From an uncultured Pseudobdellovibrionaceae bacterium (GTDB lineage: Bacteria; Bdellovibrionota; Bdellovibrionia; Bdellovibrionales; UBA1609), in assembly GCA_964360255.1 (NCBI GenBank), contig CAYHVK010000005.1, positions 24,233 to 88,232 of the forward strand: DNA of 64,000 bases, read 5' to 3'. Below the pieces are notes generated by a model. That model was not told where the DNA came from, did not search any database, and saw nothing but the letters and a program-made list of their open reading frames with translations. This document shows positions 31,703 through 41,485 of the stretch, in pieces (positions within the stretch are counted from its first letter, which is position 1; the number at the start of each line of letters is the position of its first letter). Made by a program: the position numbers and the translations under genes.

Positions 31703-33277
31703 ATGACAAGATCAGAAGAAATTAACCGCCGTCGCACTTTTGCGATTATTTCGCATCCTGATGCCGGTAAAACGACAATTACAGAAAAAATATTATACAC
31801 AACAAACATCATTCGCGAAGCCGGTGTGGTGAAGGGTAAGTCAGGTACGAAAGCCGTTACATCCGACTGGATGCAAATGGAGCGTGACCGCGGAGTTTCG
31901 ATTACATCTTCTGTGATGTCTTTCGACTACAAAGGTCTGCGCGTAAACTTACTCGATACCCCAGGTCACAAAGATTTCGGTGAAGATACATACCGCACAC
32001 TTATAGCTGCTGATTCAGCGGCGATGCTTCTCGATGCTGCAAAAGGGGTCGAAGAGCGAACGAAGAAACTTTTTGAAGTCTGTCGTTTGCGTAAAACTCC
32101 CATTTTTACTTTCGCCAATAAAATGGATCGTGAAGGTAAAGAGCCCCTTGAGCTGATCGATGACGTTGAATCTACCCTCAAGCTTGAGTGTTATCCCGTG
32201 ACTTGGCCTATCGGCATGGGTGATCGTTTTCGTGGTTTGTACCATCGCTTGAACCGTAAGCTTTATCTTTACACTCGTGGCGAAGAAGACCCAGAAATTA
32301 TCGACGTAAAAGATCACAATGACCCGATCATCGTCGAAAAAGTAGGGGATGAGGCATACCTGAAATTCTCAGAAGATCTTGATCTTCTTGAGGGAGCATT
32401 AGGCACCTTCGATCGCGAAAGATTTTTGGCGGGCGAAATTTCACCAATGACTTTCGGCTCTGCGAAAAATACCTGGGGGGTTGATTTATTCCTCGATCTA
32501 TTCACTGAGCAAGCACCAGGCCCGGGCCCGCGCCAAGCTCGTGATGGGATAGTGCAAGCTGAAGATAAATCATTCTCAGGATTTGTTTTTAAAATCCAAG
32601 CGAATATGGATCGCCGCCATCGAGACCGCGTCGCTTTCTGCCGAATTGTTTCGGGAGAATTTGAGCGCGGCATGAAAGTTCAGCATCAGCGTCTGGGTCG
32701 CGAACTCAGACTTTCATACGCCAATTCATTTATGGCCCGTGATCGTGAAACTGTTGATAACGCCTATGCAGGCGATATTTTAGGGCTTGTTGATACCGGG
32801 AATTTTCAAATTGGTGATACCATCACTGATGGCAAAAAAATCGTCTTCGACGAAATGCCAAGGTTCAGTCCAGAATGTTTCGGTCGACTTTCAATTAAAG
32901 ATCCGCTGAAGCGTAAGCAAATGCAGAAAGCTGTGCAAGAAGTCGCTGAAGAGGGCGCCGTTCAGATCTTTTTTGATCCGATCATTGGTGAGCAAGATCC
33001 GGTTCTTGGTGTGGTGGGTGAACTTCAATTCGATGTTTTACTTTATCGCCTCAATGATGAATATAAACTCGATGTGAAGCTCGAGCGTTTGCCTCTCTCG
33101 GTCGCCCGTTGGCCCGTGAAAAAAGATGGCTCGCCAGTGGGCCGATCGATTCAAGGTGGGACAAAGCTCTTTAGAGATGTGGCCGATCGCCCGGTGGTTT
33201 TGCTCCAGAAAGAATGGGATCTCAACTGGCTCATCAAAGAGAACCCAGACTTAGAATTTCATATTACGGGAAAATAA
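31703..33277 (+). CDS. prfC: peptide chain release factor 3
   Basis: 524 aa. Translational GTPase motifs RRTFAIISHPDAGKTT, DTPGHKDF, NKMD. RF3-length protein with RF3-like ordering. Confidence 0.95.
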   Translation: MTRSEEINRRRTFAIISHPDAGKTTITEKILYTTNIIREAGVVKGKSGTKAVTSDWMQMERDRGVSITSSVMSFDYKGLRVNLLDTPGHKDFGEDTYRTLIAADSAAMLLDAAKGVEERTKKLFEVCRLRKTPIFTFANKMDREGKEPLELIDDVESTLKLECYPVTWPIGMGDRFRGLYHRLNRKLYLYTRGEEDPEIIDVKDHNDPIIVEKVGDEAYLKFSEDLDLLEGALGTFDRERFLAGEISPMTFGSAKNTWGVDLFLDLFTEQAPGPGPRQARDGIVQAEDKSFSGFVFKIQANMDRRHRDRVAFCRIVSGEFERGMKVQHQRLGRELRLSYANSFMARDRETVDNAYAGDILGLVDTGNFQIGDTITDGKKIVFDEMPRFSPECFGRLSIKDPLKRKQMQKAVQEVAEEGAVQIFFDPIIGEQDPVLGVVGELQFDVLLYRLNDEYKLDVKLERLPLSVARWPVKKDGSPVGRSIQGGTKLFRDVADRPVVLLQKEWDLNWLIKENPDLEFHITGK

Positions 33278-33358
33278 AAGGTGCCCGGTTGCTAATCGGT
33301 GCTGCGACCTGACATAAATAAATGCATCGCAATACCGATTAGCAACCGGGCACCTTTT
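33276..33358. terminator. 25-bp perfect inverted repeat (33-nt loop) after prfC; probable bidirectional terminator or repeat element
   Basis: AAAAGGTGCCCGGTTGCTAATCGGT (33276-33300) is the exact reverse complement of 33334-33358. The inner TGCGA/TCGCA pairing extends the stem. Confidence 0.6.
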
Positions 33359-33406
33359 AGACCTTCGTCCATCGCCTGTCGGTCGTTATCTGCCGATAGG
33401 ACAAGC

Positions 33407-34516
33407 GTGAAGTGTGTGCAAATTGTAACGTATTTGATGCTCGTTTTTGGCGGCGGTTTTGCCGCAGCTGATAGCACCACTGTGGCTAAAGATGCGCCGA
33501 AAATTAAGTATCCGTTTCGTCCTGTCCAGCAACGAAATCCTTTTGTTAAAGGCCCTACCTATACTTTTGAAACCCGTAATACCAGCGTACGCTGGAAAGA
33601 GATCGCAGTAGCGAAAACTCCACTGCCAGTGCTTGAGATTGAAAGCCATACTCCGCTCGTGCTTTACGGCTGGTCAGGAATGGGTGGCTTCGCCTATTCC
33701 GGAAACACGATTTTGCCGGCCCAAAGAAAAGACTATTATCATAACGGTATTTTTCACAAAGGTAAAAACGGCGAATTGTTTTATCAAATGATTCACGTTG
33801 GGCCGGGTGGGCGAGAAACTTTAGCGGGTTGGGTTGCAGGCACTCAGCTTGTAAGCCCAATGAGCCCCTCTTTTCTAACTAAAACAAAAACTGAGGCAGG
33901 TGTTCCCACATGTGTCTATTTTGGTGATTGTGCTCCGGCGCCAGTGAGTTCTTTAGATGAAATTTTAAAACACATTGAGCCGCCATTAATTGTGCTTGGC
34001 CCTCGTCAGCCTATGAGTGAGCCGGTAAAACCTAAAGCTGCGGTTTGTCCCTTCTCAGCGCCGCTTAAAGTTGTGAAGACATCGCAGTTTGGTAATAGAA
34101 AAGATCCATTCACGGGGCGAACAAAATATCACGGCGGTTGTGATTTGGTAGGGCAGGGCGTATCACCGGCTCCGATCAAGTCGATTATGGGTGGTAAGGT
34201 CACAAATATTTCTGGCGGCCCTACACTTGGTGGGCCCCTTTATGGCTATGCTCGCACCGGAGGGTATGGTTATCAGGTCGAAGTCACCAATGATGACGGA
34301 ACAGTTGTGACCTACAATCACATGGATCGTTCTTGCGTAAAAGTAGCGATGGATCAGCGAGTGGAGGCTGGCACGCAAGTGGGATGCATGGGTTCGACGG
34401 GGCGGAGCACTGGGCCCCATTTACACTTAGAACTTAAAAGAAACGGTGTTAAACAAGATCCAGAGCTGTGGCAAAATTTTGATACGTTATGCGCTGGCCG
34501 AATCAGCAAAAGGTAA
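33407..34516 (+). CDS. M23 family metallopeptidase
   Basis: C-terminal HGGCDL, YNHMD, GSTGRSTGPHLHLEL motifs. The start is uncertain. I chose GTG 33407 (signal-like VKCVQIVTYLMLVFGGGFAAA) because the track start 33299 reads through the prfC hairpin. Confidence 0.8.
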   Translation: MKCVQIVTYLMLVFGGGFAAADSTTVAKDAPKIKYPFRPVQQRNPFVKGPTYTFETRNTSVRWKEIAVAKTPLPVLEIESHTPLVLYGWSGMGGFAYSGNTILPAQRKDYYHNGIFHKGKNGELFYQMIHVGPGGRETLAGWVAGTQLVSPMSPSFLTKTKTEAGVPTCVYFGDCAPAPVSSLDEILKHIEPPLIVLGPRQPMSEPVKPKAAVCPFSAPLKVVKTSQFGNRKDPFTGRTKYHGGCDLVGQGVSPAPIKSIMGGKVTNISGGPTLGGPLYGYARTGGYGYQVEVTNDDGTVVTYNHMDRSCVKVAMDQRVEAGTQVGCMGSTGRSTGPHLHLELKRNGVKQDPELWQNFDTLCAGRISKR

Positions 34517-34518
34517 AT

Positions 34519-34869
34519 ATGAGATATTTAGTACAAATTTTATTAATTTTTTCTGCACAAAATATCAGCTTCGCCGAAGTGGCGAAGATAGACCCGGCTA
34601 TGGCTGAAATGACAGAGGCCTGCATTAAAGGAGCTAAAAAGTTTCAAGGCACAAAAGCGGATCTTGAAAAGGTCTGCGCTTGCTCGGCGAAAAGAATGCT
34701 CGAGATGGTTCGTAGCCCTAATTACGCAGATAAAAATGCCAAGCCTCGTCTCGCTTGGCTTAAAAAAATGTATTTAGACACTCATTCGCAAGCAGAAATT
34801 GATAAAGATCCATACGATATTTTTGAATTTGGCTCTTCGGTGAATGAGGGCTGTATCAAAGAATTATAG
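34519..34869 (+). CDS. hypothetical small secreted protein
   Basis: ATG 34519 after AAAGG. Signal peptide MRYLVQILLIFSAQNISFA-EV. Four Cys. Confidence 0.55.
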   Translation: MRYLVQILLIFSAQNISFAEVAKIDPAMAEMTEACIKGAKKFQGTKADLEKVCACSAKRMLEMVRSPNYADKNAKPRLAWLKKMYLDTHSQAEIDKDPYDIFEFGSSVNEGCIKEL

Positions 34870-35003
34870 ATTCTTAGCCTGCTATAGACCTCTGAAACTC
34901 TCCAGCTCTTTCTAAAGCACATCCATCAAGATCACTTGCGTCATTGCCCTTGCAATTCAGCCCTCCGCAAGAATAAACTTCTCTGTTCAAGGGGAGCTTA
35001 CCA

Positions 35004-36245
35004 GTGGGATCACATATCATTTTATCGTCGCATCCGAATCAGATATTTTCACAATCGGTACCTATTCATTGGGGAGCGAAAACGGCCCGCGAACGTGGGC
35101 CCGTCATCGCCACATTATCAGATATGTCCGTGCGAAATGCGATTGGTACACATGGCGGCTCTTACAGTGTCTATCGGGCTCTTGCCACTTCGGCTGGGCG
35201 CTTACCCAGCGAATTTAAACCTGACTTAACAAATACGGCTCCCGCTGAACGTATCGGACCATTTCCGCAGTGGAGCGACCCGGATAAAATCGTGGCTCTT
35301 GACCCCTGGGGTGCGGATGTTTTCGAAGAGTTCAAAGCTGAAACTAAAAAAGGTTTAGATATTCGTCCATCGATTGCGGTGACGAAAGCTCATATCAATA
35401 TGCTTGAGATTCAAGAGGCCATACAAAAGGGTCGCATTAAAATCGACGGTAAAATTGTCGGTAAAAATGGTGACGTCAGCGTCACTAAAATCGCCCTTGA
35501 GCCCGTTTGGTATTTACCAGGCATCGCTCGCCGTTTTGGTATTACTGAAGGTGAGCTTCGTAAAGGTCTTTTCACTCACACTGGTGGAATGTTCCCAGAA
35601 CTTGTGACTCGTCATGATTTAAAAGTCTTTATGCCGCCTATTGGTAGTTCAACGGCTTATATTTTTGGCCCAACCGATTTTGTTGCGAATCCGAAAAAAG
35701 AACTTACGGTGCGCGTACACGATGAGTGCAATGGCTCAGATGTTTTCGGCTCAGATATTTGCACCTGCCGTCCTTACTTAGTTCACGGTATTGAAGAGGC
35801 CATCAAAACAGCGCAAGCAGGCGGTTCGGGTCTTATTATTTATTTCAGAAAAGAAGGCCGCGCTCTCGGCGAAGTAACGAAATTCTTAGTTTACAATGCC
35901 CGTAAGCGGAATAAAGACGGTGATACGGCTGCAGCATACTTCCATCGCACAGAATGTGTGGCGGGAGTTCAAGATATGCGCTTTCAGCAGATTATGCCAG
36001 ATGCCCTTCATTGGCTCGGTATCACGCGCATCGATAATTTCATTTCAATGAGCGATATGAAGCACGATGCTATCGTGGATAGCGGAATTAAAATTATCAA
36101 TCGTGTGCCGATTCCTGAAGATATGATCCCGCTCGATGCACAAGTTGAAATGGAAGCAAAAAAAGCGGCCGGCTATTTCACTAAAGATAAAACAAAATCA
36201 AAAGATCAGCTTAAGAAGGTAAAGGGCCGTGGACTTAACCAGTAA
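35004..36245 (+). CDS. GTP cyclohydrolase II-like protein, URC1/Urg1-type
   Basis: GTG start 7 nt after GGGGAG. C-terminal RibA fold with VRVHDECNGSDVFGSDICTCRPYL (C-x10-C-x-C zinc pattern). A long N-terminal extension is absent from RibA. Confidence 0.8.
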   Translation: MGSHIILSSHPNQIFSQSVPIHWGAKTARERGPVIATLSDMSVRNAIGTHGGSYSVYRALATSAGRLPSEFKPDLTNTAPAERIGPFPQWSDPDKIVALDPWGADVFEEFKAETKKGLDIRPSIAVTKAHINMLEIQEAIQKGRIKIDGKIVGKNGDVSVTKIALEPVWYLPGIARRFGITEGELRKGLFTHTGGMFPELVTRHDLKVFMPPIGSSTAYIFGPTDFVANPKKELTVRVHDECNGSDVFGSDICTCRPYLVHGIEEAIKTAQAGGSGLIIYFRKEGRALGEVTKFLVYNARKRNKDGDTAAAYFHRTECVAGVQDMRFQQIMPDALHWLGITRIDNFISMSDMKHDAIVDSGIKIINRVPIPEDMIPLDAQVEMEAKKAAGYFTKDKTKSKDQLKKVKGRGLNQ

Positions 36246-37500
36246 ACCAGAACCAACAGCTCCATCGAATGATGAGATTGAGTATATTCTTTCTCCTGAG
36301 GCTATTCGCGACCGTGCGCTGGATATTTATAATCTCACGCAAAAAGGCGATGGTCTTTTTGAAATCAAAGATGAAAAACTCGAAGAAGTGGCAGATTACG
36401 TTTTACAGGTTATTCGTGATCGTCACCCTGATTTAAAAATTTCTTATCATTCGCGATGGTCTCACTTCAATGTTGGGGGGCGTAACCGCGTCAATGAAGT
36501 TCGTGAAGAGGCCCAGCGCACGCCAGGAATGAACGATCTTGAGTGGGCTCGTATGCAATTTGATTTAGTTGTGACTTCGGTACTGCTAGATGCAGGCACG
36601 GGGCCTTCTTGGCGTTTTAAAGATATTGATGGTCATATTTTTGCTCGATCAGAGGGTTTAGCTGTTGCCAGCTTAAATATGTTTACGGCCGGGGCTTTCT
36701 CATCTGATAAAACTCGTCCCCTTCAAGCCGACAGTCGTGCCCTCACGCATATTACCGAAGAAAAAATCAAAGAGAGTTTTCAAGTTTCTGTTTCGAATCC
36801 TTTATCGGGTACAAAAGGCCGCGCCGAGCTTTTACATAAGCTCGGCAAGGTTGTTGAAAACACTCCTGATTATTTCTTAAAAGCCGACACGACATTTCCG
36901 TTTAAGCGTATTGGTAACTTGGTCGATTATTTTGTTAAACATCGCCCAAATAAAAAAATCGAAGCGGTTTTCATATTGAAGACAGTGCTAAAAGCTCTCG
37001 GTGGTATTTGGCCAGGACGTATCGTGATGAACGATGTGAACCTAGGCGATACTTGGTATCACGATAAGCTGGGCACAGGAGTGAAGTCCTTTGTTCCGCT
37101 TCATAAACTATCGCAATGGCTCACGTACTCTTTGTTAGAACCGCTTGAAGAGTTCGGGTTTGAAATATTAGATCTCAATCAGTTGACCGGGCTGGCTGAA
37201 TACCGAAACGGCGGTTTGTTTTTAGACTTAGGGCTATTCGCTCCTAAAGATCCGAATGCTTTTTCTAAACCTGTTCATGCAGATTCACGGCTGGTGATTG
37301 AGTGGCGCTCACTGACAGTTTATTTCTTAGATGAAGTAGCTAAGATCGTGCGTCAGAAATTAGGCAAGTCAGAACAAGAGTTTCCGTTAGCTAAAGTTCT
37401 TGAAGGCGGAACATGGTGGGCCGGCCGTAAGATTGCCCAAGCAAAACGCCCAGGTGGTGGGCCGCCACTCGACCTGATCAGTGACGGAACCGTTTTCTAG
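36229..37500 (+). CDS. DUF1688 / URC4 (Urg3)-like protein
   Basis: 423 aa, overlaps the preceding gene by 17 nt. The size and the YHSRWSHFNVGGRNRV block match my recollection of the URC4/DUF1688 family. Needs a profile search. Confidence 0.65.
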   Translation: MDLTSKPEPTAPSNDEIEYILSPEAIRDRALDIYNLTQKGDGLFEIKDEKLEEVADYVLQVIRDRHPDLKISYHSRWSHFNVGGRNRVNEVREEAQRTPGMNDLEWARMQFDLVVTSVLLDAGTGPSWRFKDIDGHIFARSEGLAVASLNMFTAGAFSSDKTRPLQADSRALTHITEEKIKESFQVSVSNPLSGTKGRAELLHKLGKVVENTPDYFLKADTTFPFKRIGNLVDYFVKHRPNKKIEAVFILKTVLKALGGIWPGRIVMNDVNLGDTWYHDKLGTGVKSFVPLHKLSQWLTYSLLEPLEEFGFEILDLNQLTGLAEYRNGGLFLDLGLFAPKDPNAFSKPVHADSRLVIEWRSLTVYFLDEVAKIVRQKLGKSEQEFPLAKVLEGGTWWAGRKIAQAKRPGGGPPLDLISDGTVF

Positions 37501-37552
37501 GGAGAATGCGGCACCATTTTGACACATTCTCTATCTTACATTAGGAGATACT

Positions 37553-38212
37553 ATGAGCACTAAAACAAAAGCGAACCTGACTATTCTTGAGCACCCCTTG
37601 GTGCAAGACAAACTGACTCAGCTTCGTGATCGCGATACGAACCCTGAACATTTTCGTCGCCTTGTGGTCGAGCTCAGTCAGTTCTTAATGTATGAAATGG
37701 CTCGCAATTTAAAAACTAAAGAAGTGCAGGTGACGACTCCGCTACAAAAGACTAAAGGTCGTCGTATCTCTGAGCGCGTGACGCTTTTACCAATTATGCG
37801 CGCGGGCTTAGCTATGCTTGAGGGAGCGTCAAAAGTAATGCCTTCAGCGGCTATTGGCCATATCGGTATCTACCGCGATAAGTTCGTACAAGATACCACC
37901 GTAGAATATTATTTCAGACTGCCAAAAGATGTTGAAGGCCAACGTGTAGTTGTATTAGATCCAATGCTGGCCACCGGTGAGACAATGGTCGCGGCTCTTT
38001 CGCGTTTGAAAGAACGTAAAATTGGTCCGGTTTCGTTGCTTACTATTCTCGCTTCAAAAGCGGGACTTAAAAAAGTAACAGACGCTTTTCCGGATGTTGA
38101 AGTTTTCACTTTAAGCCTTGAGAGTGTTTTAGATAAGAATGGTTATATCCTTCCTGGCGTCGGAGATGCAGGTGATCGCATTTACGGAACCGTAGGTTTA
38201 GAGGATTTATAG
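37553..38212 (+). CDS. upp: uracil phosphoribosyltransferase
   Basis: LEHPLVQDKLTQLRD..., PRPP loop VVVLDPMLATGETMV, C-terminal YILPGVGDAGDRIYGT. Confidence 0.93.
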   Translation: MSTKTKANLTILEHPLVQDKLTQLRDRDTNPEHFRRLVVELSQFLMYEMARNLKTKEVQVTTPLQKTKGRRISERVTLLPIMRAGLAMLEGASKVMPSAAIGHIGIYRDKFVQDTTVEYYFRLPKDVEGQRVVVLDPMLATGETMVAALSRLKERKIGPVSLLTILASKAGLKKVTDAFPDVEVFTLSLESVLDKNGYILPGVGDAGDRIYGTVGLEDL

Positions 38213-38826
38213 TGGTTATAGGAGTCGCCGGCGGCAGTGGATCAGGTAAGACAACTTTCGCAAGAGAGTTGCTCGCCCGTGTGGGCGTTGATCGCACACT
38301 CATTCTTCTGCAAGACTCTTACTACTTTGATCGCAGCAAAGACTTCAAAGGTGATGGTTCGCTGAATTTTGACCACCCAGATTCAATTGATTGGGATTTA
38401 ATGGCTGAGCATATTCAGCTCCTCAAGCAAGGTGAAACCATTGATTTGCCGATTTATGATTTTGCCACTCACAGTCGCCTGAAAGAAGTGGAGCTTGTTA
38501 AAGCCAAGCCTATTATTATCGTCGATGGAATTTTAATTTTTTATCCTGATCAAATTCGTGATCTTTTAGACTTAAGTATTTATATCGATACGCCAGACCA
38601 TGTTTGTTTCGAGCGCCGCCTCTACCGTGACACTCACGAGCGGGGTCGCACCGCCGAAGGTGTGCGCGTGCAGTATACAACAACTGTGCGTCCTATGCGT
38701 GAGCAGTTCGTTGAGCCCTCAAAAGCTTTGGCTGACCAGGTCGTCAGTGGCCAAGTCGATTTCAAAGCTGAAATCGAACGCGTGTACAAAGAAATCTCTA
38801 ATTTTAATTCTGAAGAGCTAGTTTAA
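38212..38826 (+). CDS. udk: uridine kinase
   Basis: P-loop GVAGGSGSGKTT, then LLQDSYYFD, NFDHPDSIDWDL, YDFATHSR. The GTG start overlaps the upp stop. Confidence 0.92.
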   Translation: MVIGVAGGSGSGKTTFARELLARVGVDRTLILLQDSYYFDRSKDFKGDGSLNFDHPDSIDWDLMAEHIQLLKQGETIDLPIYDFATHSRLKEVELVKAKPIIIVDGILIFYPDQIRDLLDLSIYIDTPDHVCFERRLYRDTHERGRTAEGVRVQYTTTVRPMREQFVEPSKALADQVVSGQVDFKAEIERVYKEISNFNSEELV

Positions 38827-38840
38827 CCGGGCACCTTTTA

Positions 38841-40256
38841 TTACCCGACAAAAAAACGGATCAGTTTCATTTTGAAGTCGGTGTAAGGCGGGTAGCGCAT
38901 CGTCGCATCAAGGGCGAACCATTTTTTAAGCACTGATTTTTTATGAGAGAAAACCTCAAAGCTGTCATTGCCATGGTACCGACCCATACCGCTCTCGCCA
39001 ATTCCGCCGAACGGAAGATTCGGATTGGCTAAGTGAATTATGCAATCATTCACGCAAGCTCCACCGAAAGGCATTGTGCTGAGTACATGATCTTGTAGAT
39101 CTTTGTTTTTAGTGAAGAGATAAAAAGAAAGCGGTTTCGGCTCAGAGGCAATTTTAGTTAAAGCCTCATCAATGTTTTCATAAACAAAGATCGGCAGAAT
39201 AGGGCCAAAGATTTCTTCTTTCATTACGGGGTCACTCCATGACACGTTTTTTAAGAGTGTCGGGGCAATTTTCAACTTGGCGGCGTCGGTCTGACCACCG
39301 CAAATCAACTGATCGGCTTTGATAAAGGCTGAGAGGCGAGAGAAGTGCCCGGCGCCAACAATACGCGCTAGGCTGTCACTTTTGATGGGTTCTGGCCCAT
39401 AAAATTCAGTGATGGTTTTCTTCAGGCTTTCAATAAACTGATTGGCAATATTTTTGTGAACATAAACATAATCCGGAGCCACACAAGTCTGAGACGCATT
39501 CATAAACTTGCCCCAAATAATTCGGCGCGCCGCTGTTTGCATTTCAATATCCTGATCGACAATACACGGAGACTTACCGCCCAACTCTAAACAAACCGGC
39601 GTTAAATGAGCCGCGGCTTTTTGCATGACGATTTTGCCAACGCGAGTACTTCCAGTGAAAAAGATAAAATCGAATTTTTCATTGAGCAGAGCTTCAGATT
39701 CAGGGATGCCTCCACCGATGCAGGCCACATGTTCAGGAGCAAAAACTTCTGCAATCAATTTTAAAATAAACTTTTGTGTTTCAGGCGTCATTTCAGAAGG
39801 TTTTAAAATGACTGTATTACCAGCGGCAACGGCACCCACCAGAGGGGATAACGCTAATTGAAAGGGATAATTCCAGGGGGCAATAATAAGCGTTGAACCA
39901 AACGGCTCTGAATAAATATAAGAACTTGAGGGCCATAAGACCGAAGGTGTCCAAACGCGTTTAGGTTTGGCGAGTTTATTTAAATTTTTAATCATGTGCG
40001 TGATTTCGCCGACCACATAAGAAATTTCTGTTGAATAGGCCTCAAGCTTCGGTTTGCCGAGGTCCGCTGCCAAAACTTTCATAATCTCAGCTTCTTTGGC
40101 GATAATGGCATTTTTAAGTTTAAGAAGCGCTTCTTTACGAAACTCAATGGGGCGCGAGGCGCCGGTCATAAAGAACTTTCTCTGCTTTTGAACTAAATCA
40201 CCGTAACTCGTATTCATTGAAGCCGCCTTAACTTGTAATTCAACTTGAGCATCCAT
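38841..40256 (-). CDS. aldehyde dehydrogenase, class 3-like
   Basis: 471 aa. Catalytic Glu and Cys contexts LELGGKSP and NASQTCVAPDY. GAGGTGA RBS. Confidence 0.92.
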   Translation of the reverse strand: MDAQVELQVKAASMNTSYGDLVQKQRKFFMTGASRPIEFRKEALLKLKNAIIAKEAEIMKVLAADLGKPKLEAYSTEISYVVGEITHMIKNLNKLAKPKRVWTPSVLWPSSSYIYSEPFGSTLIIAPWNYPFQLALSPLVGAVAAGNTVILKPSEMTPETQKFILKLIAEVFAPEHVACIGGGIPESEALLNEKFDFIFFTGSTRVGKIVMQKAAAHLTPVCLELGGKSPCIVDQDIEMQTAARRIIWGKFMNASQTCVAPDYVYVHKNIANQFIESLKKTITEFYGPEPIKSDSLARIVGAGHFSRLSAFIKADQLICGGQTDAAKLKIAPTLLKNVSWSDPVMKEEIFGPILPIFVYENIDEALTKIASEPKPLSFYLFTKNKDLQDHVLSTMPFGGACVNDCIIHLANPNLPFGGIGESGMGRYHGNDSFEVFSHKKSVLKKWFALDATMRYPPYTDFKMKLIRFFVG

Positions 40257-40282
40257 CTTTCACCTCGTATCCTATCTATATT

Positions 40283-41485
40283 ATGAAATACGCCTCTATA
40301 CTGAAAGAGAATAATGTACGTTTGCCTGCGGCTTTTGCTGATCTTGCGGCTTTTGACCAGAACTTGCGCCGTGTGGCAGAGACGGTGAAGCAAAATGGCT
40401 TTCCGATACGAGTGGCAACGAAATCTATTCGAGTCCCAGCATTGATCAAGCGCGCTTTAGATTTCGGTGGCCCTTATAAAGGTTTGATGTGTTATTCGGC
40501 TTATGAGGCGGCTTTTTTAGCCCAACAAGGCTTCGATGATTTTTTAATTGCGTATCCCACTTTGCATACGGGCGAAATAAAAGCTCTCTTAGATTTACAT
40601 GTTTCAGGTAAAAAAGTTTATCTGGTGGTCGATGATATTCGGCATTTGCAGGCTCTTGATTCTGCTATCACACTTTACGCCATGGCTATGCAGCCGTCAT
40701 GGCGTCCCTTCGAAGTCTTGGCTGAAATTGATCTCTCGGTGCGTATCAGCTCATTAGTTTTAGGCGTTAGACGCAGCCCTTTACGATCTATCGAGCAAAT
40801 TATTAATTTCGTCGGCCAAGTTCAAAAATTTAAAAGTTTAAAATTTAAAGGTTTTATGGCCTACGAAGCCCAGGTGGCAGGGTTAGGCGATAATAATCCA
40901 TTTAAAAAAATGATGAATATTGCGATACGCCCCTTTCGTAAGTGGAGCATGCATAAAATCATTCAAAAAAGAAAAGCCTTGCTTGAGGCCTGCCAGCATA
41001 AAAATATCAAAATCGAACTGTTCAATGGCGGCGGAACCGGCAGCACCTTAATGCACGGTGCAGAAGTAGGGGTACTCACTGAACTCACGGTGGGAAGCGG
41101 ATTTTTATGCTCACATCTTTTTGATTACTACACTAATTTTCAGCCTGAGCCTTCAGGCTTTTTCGCCGTTCAAGCGGTTCGTCAGCCCGAGCCGAACTGG
41201 TACACCTGCGCCGGAGCTGGATACGTAGCTTCAGGTGAACCAGGTCTCGACCGTTTACCGCGCCCCTATGATGCTGATCAAAAGCTTTCAAGTTTTGAAG
41301 GCGCTGGCGAAGTGCAAACTCCCGTCTATTCTGAAGCGGCTATTGCTCTCGGTGACCCAGTGATTTTTCGCCCCGCCAAAGCTGGCGAATGGTTAGAGCG
41401 CTTCAATGAAATTCATTTGATCCAAGACGATCACATCGTCGAGAGCGCTAAGACTTATCGTGGCCATGGCGAGTGTTATTTTTAG
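40283..41485 (+). CDS. fold-type III PLP enzyme (alanine racemase N-terminal domain family; amino-acid aldolase/deaminase-like)
   Basis: 400 aa. PLP-lysine context IRVATKSIRV, TIM-barrel-like periodicity, and a C-terminal beta domain. Confidence 0.7.
   Translation: MKYASILKENNVRLPAAFADLAAFDQNLRRVAETVKQNGFPIRVATKSIRVPALIKRALDFGGPYKGLMCYSAYEAAFLAQQGFDDFLIAYPTLHTGEIKALLDLHVSGKKVYLVVDDIRHLQALDSAITLYAMAMQPSWRPFEVLAEIDLSVRISSLVLGVRRSPLRSIEQIINFVGQVQKFKSLKFKGFMAYEAQVAGLGDNNPFKKMMNIAIRPFRKWSMHKIIQKRKALLEACQHKNIKIELFNGGGTGSTLMHGAEVGVLTELTVGSGFLCSHLFDYYTNFQPEPSGFFAVQAVRQPEPNWYTCAGAGYVASGEPGLDRLPRPYDADQKLSSFEGAGEVQTPVYSEAAIALGDPVIFRPAKAGEWLERFNEIHLIQDDHIVESAKTYRGHGECYF

Noticed and set aside
33299-33406. 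5' extension of the M23 peptidase ORF back to 33299
   Set aside because: The extension is encoded by the loop and right arm of the 25-bp prfC hairpin and gives a non-signal N-terminus. An internal GTG at 33407 yields a plausible signal peptide.
34936-35229. 97-aa ORF overlapping the start of the URC1-like gene
   Set aside because: It is in a different frame from a gene with a good GGGGAG-GTG start, and it has a Cys/Arg-rich nonsense-like composition.
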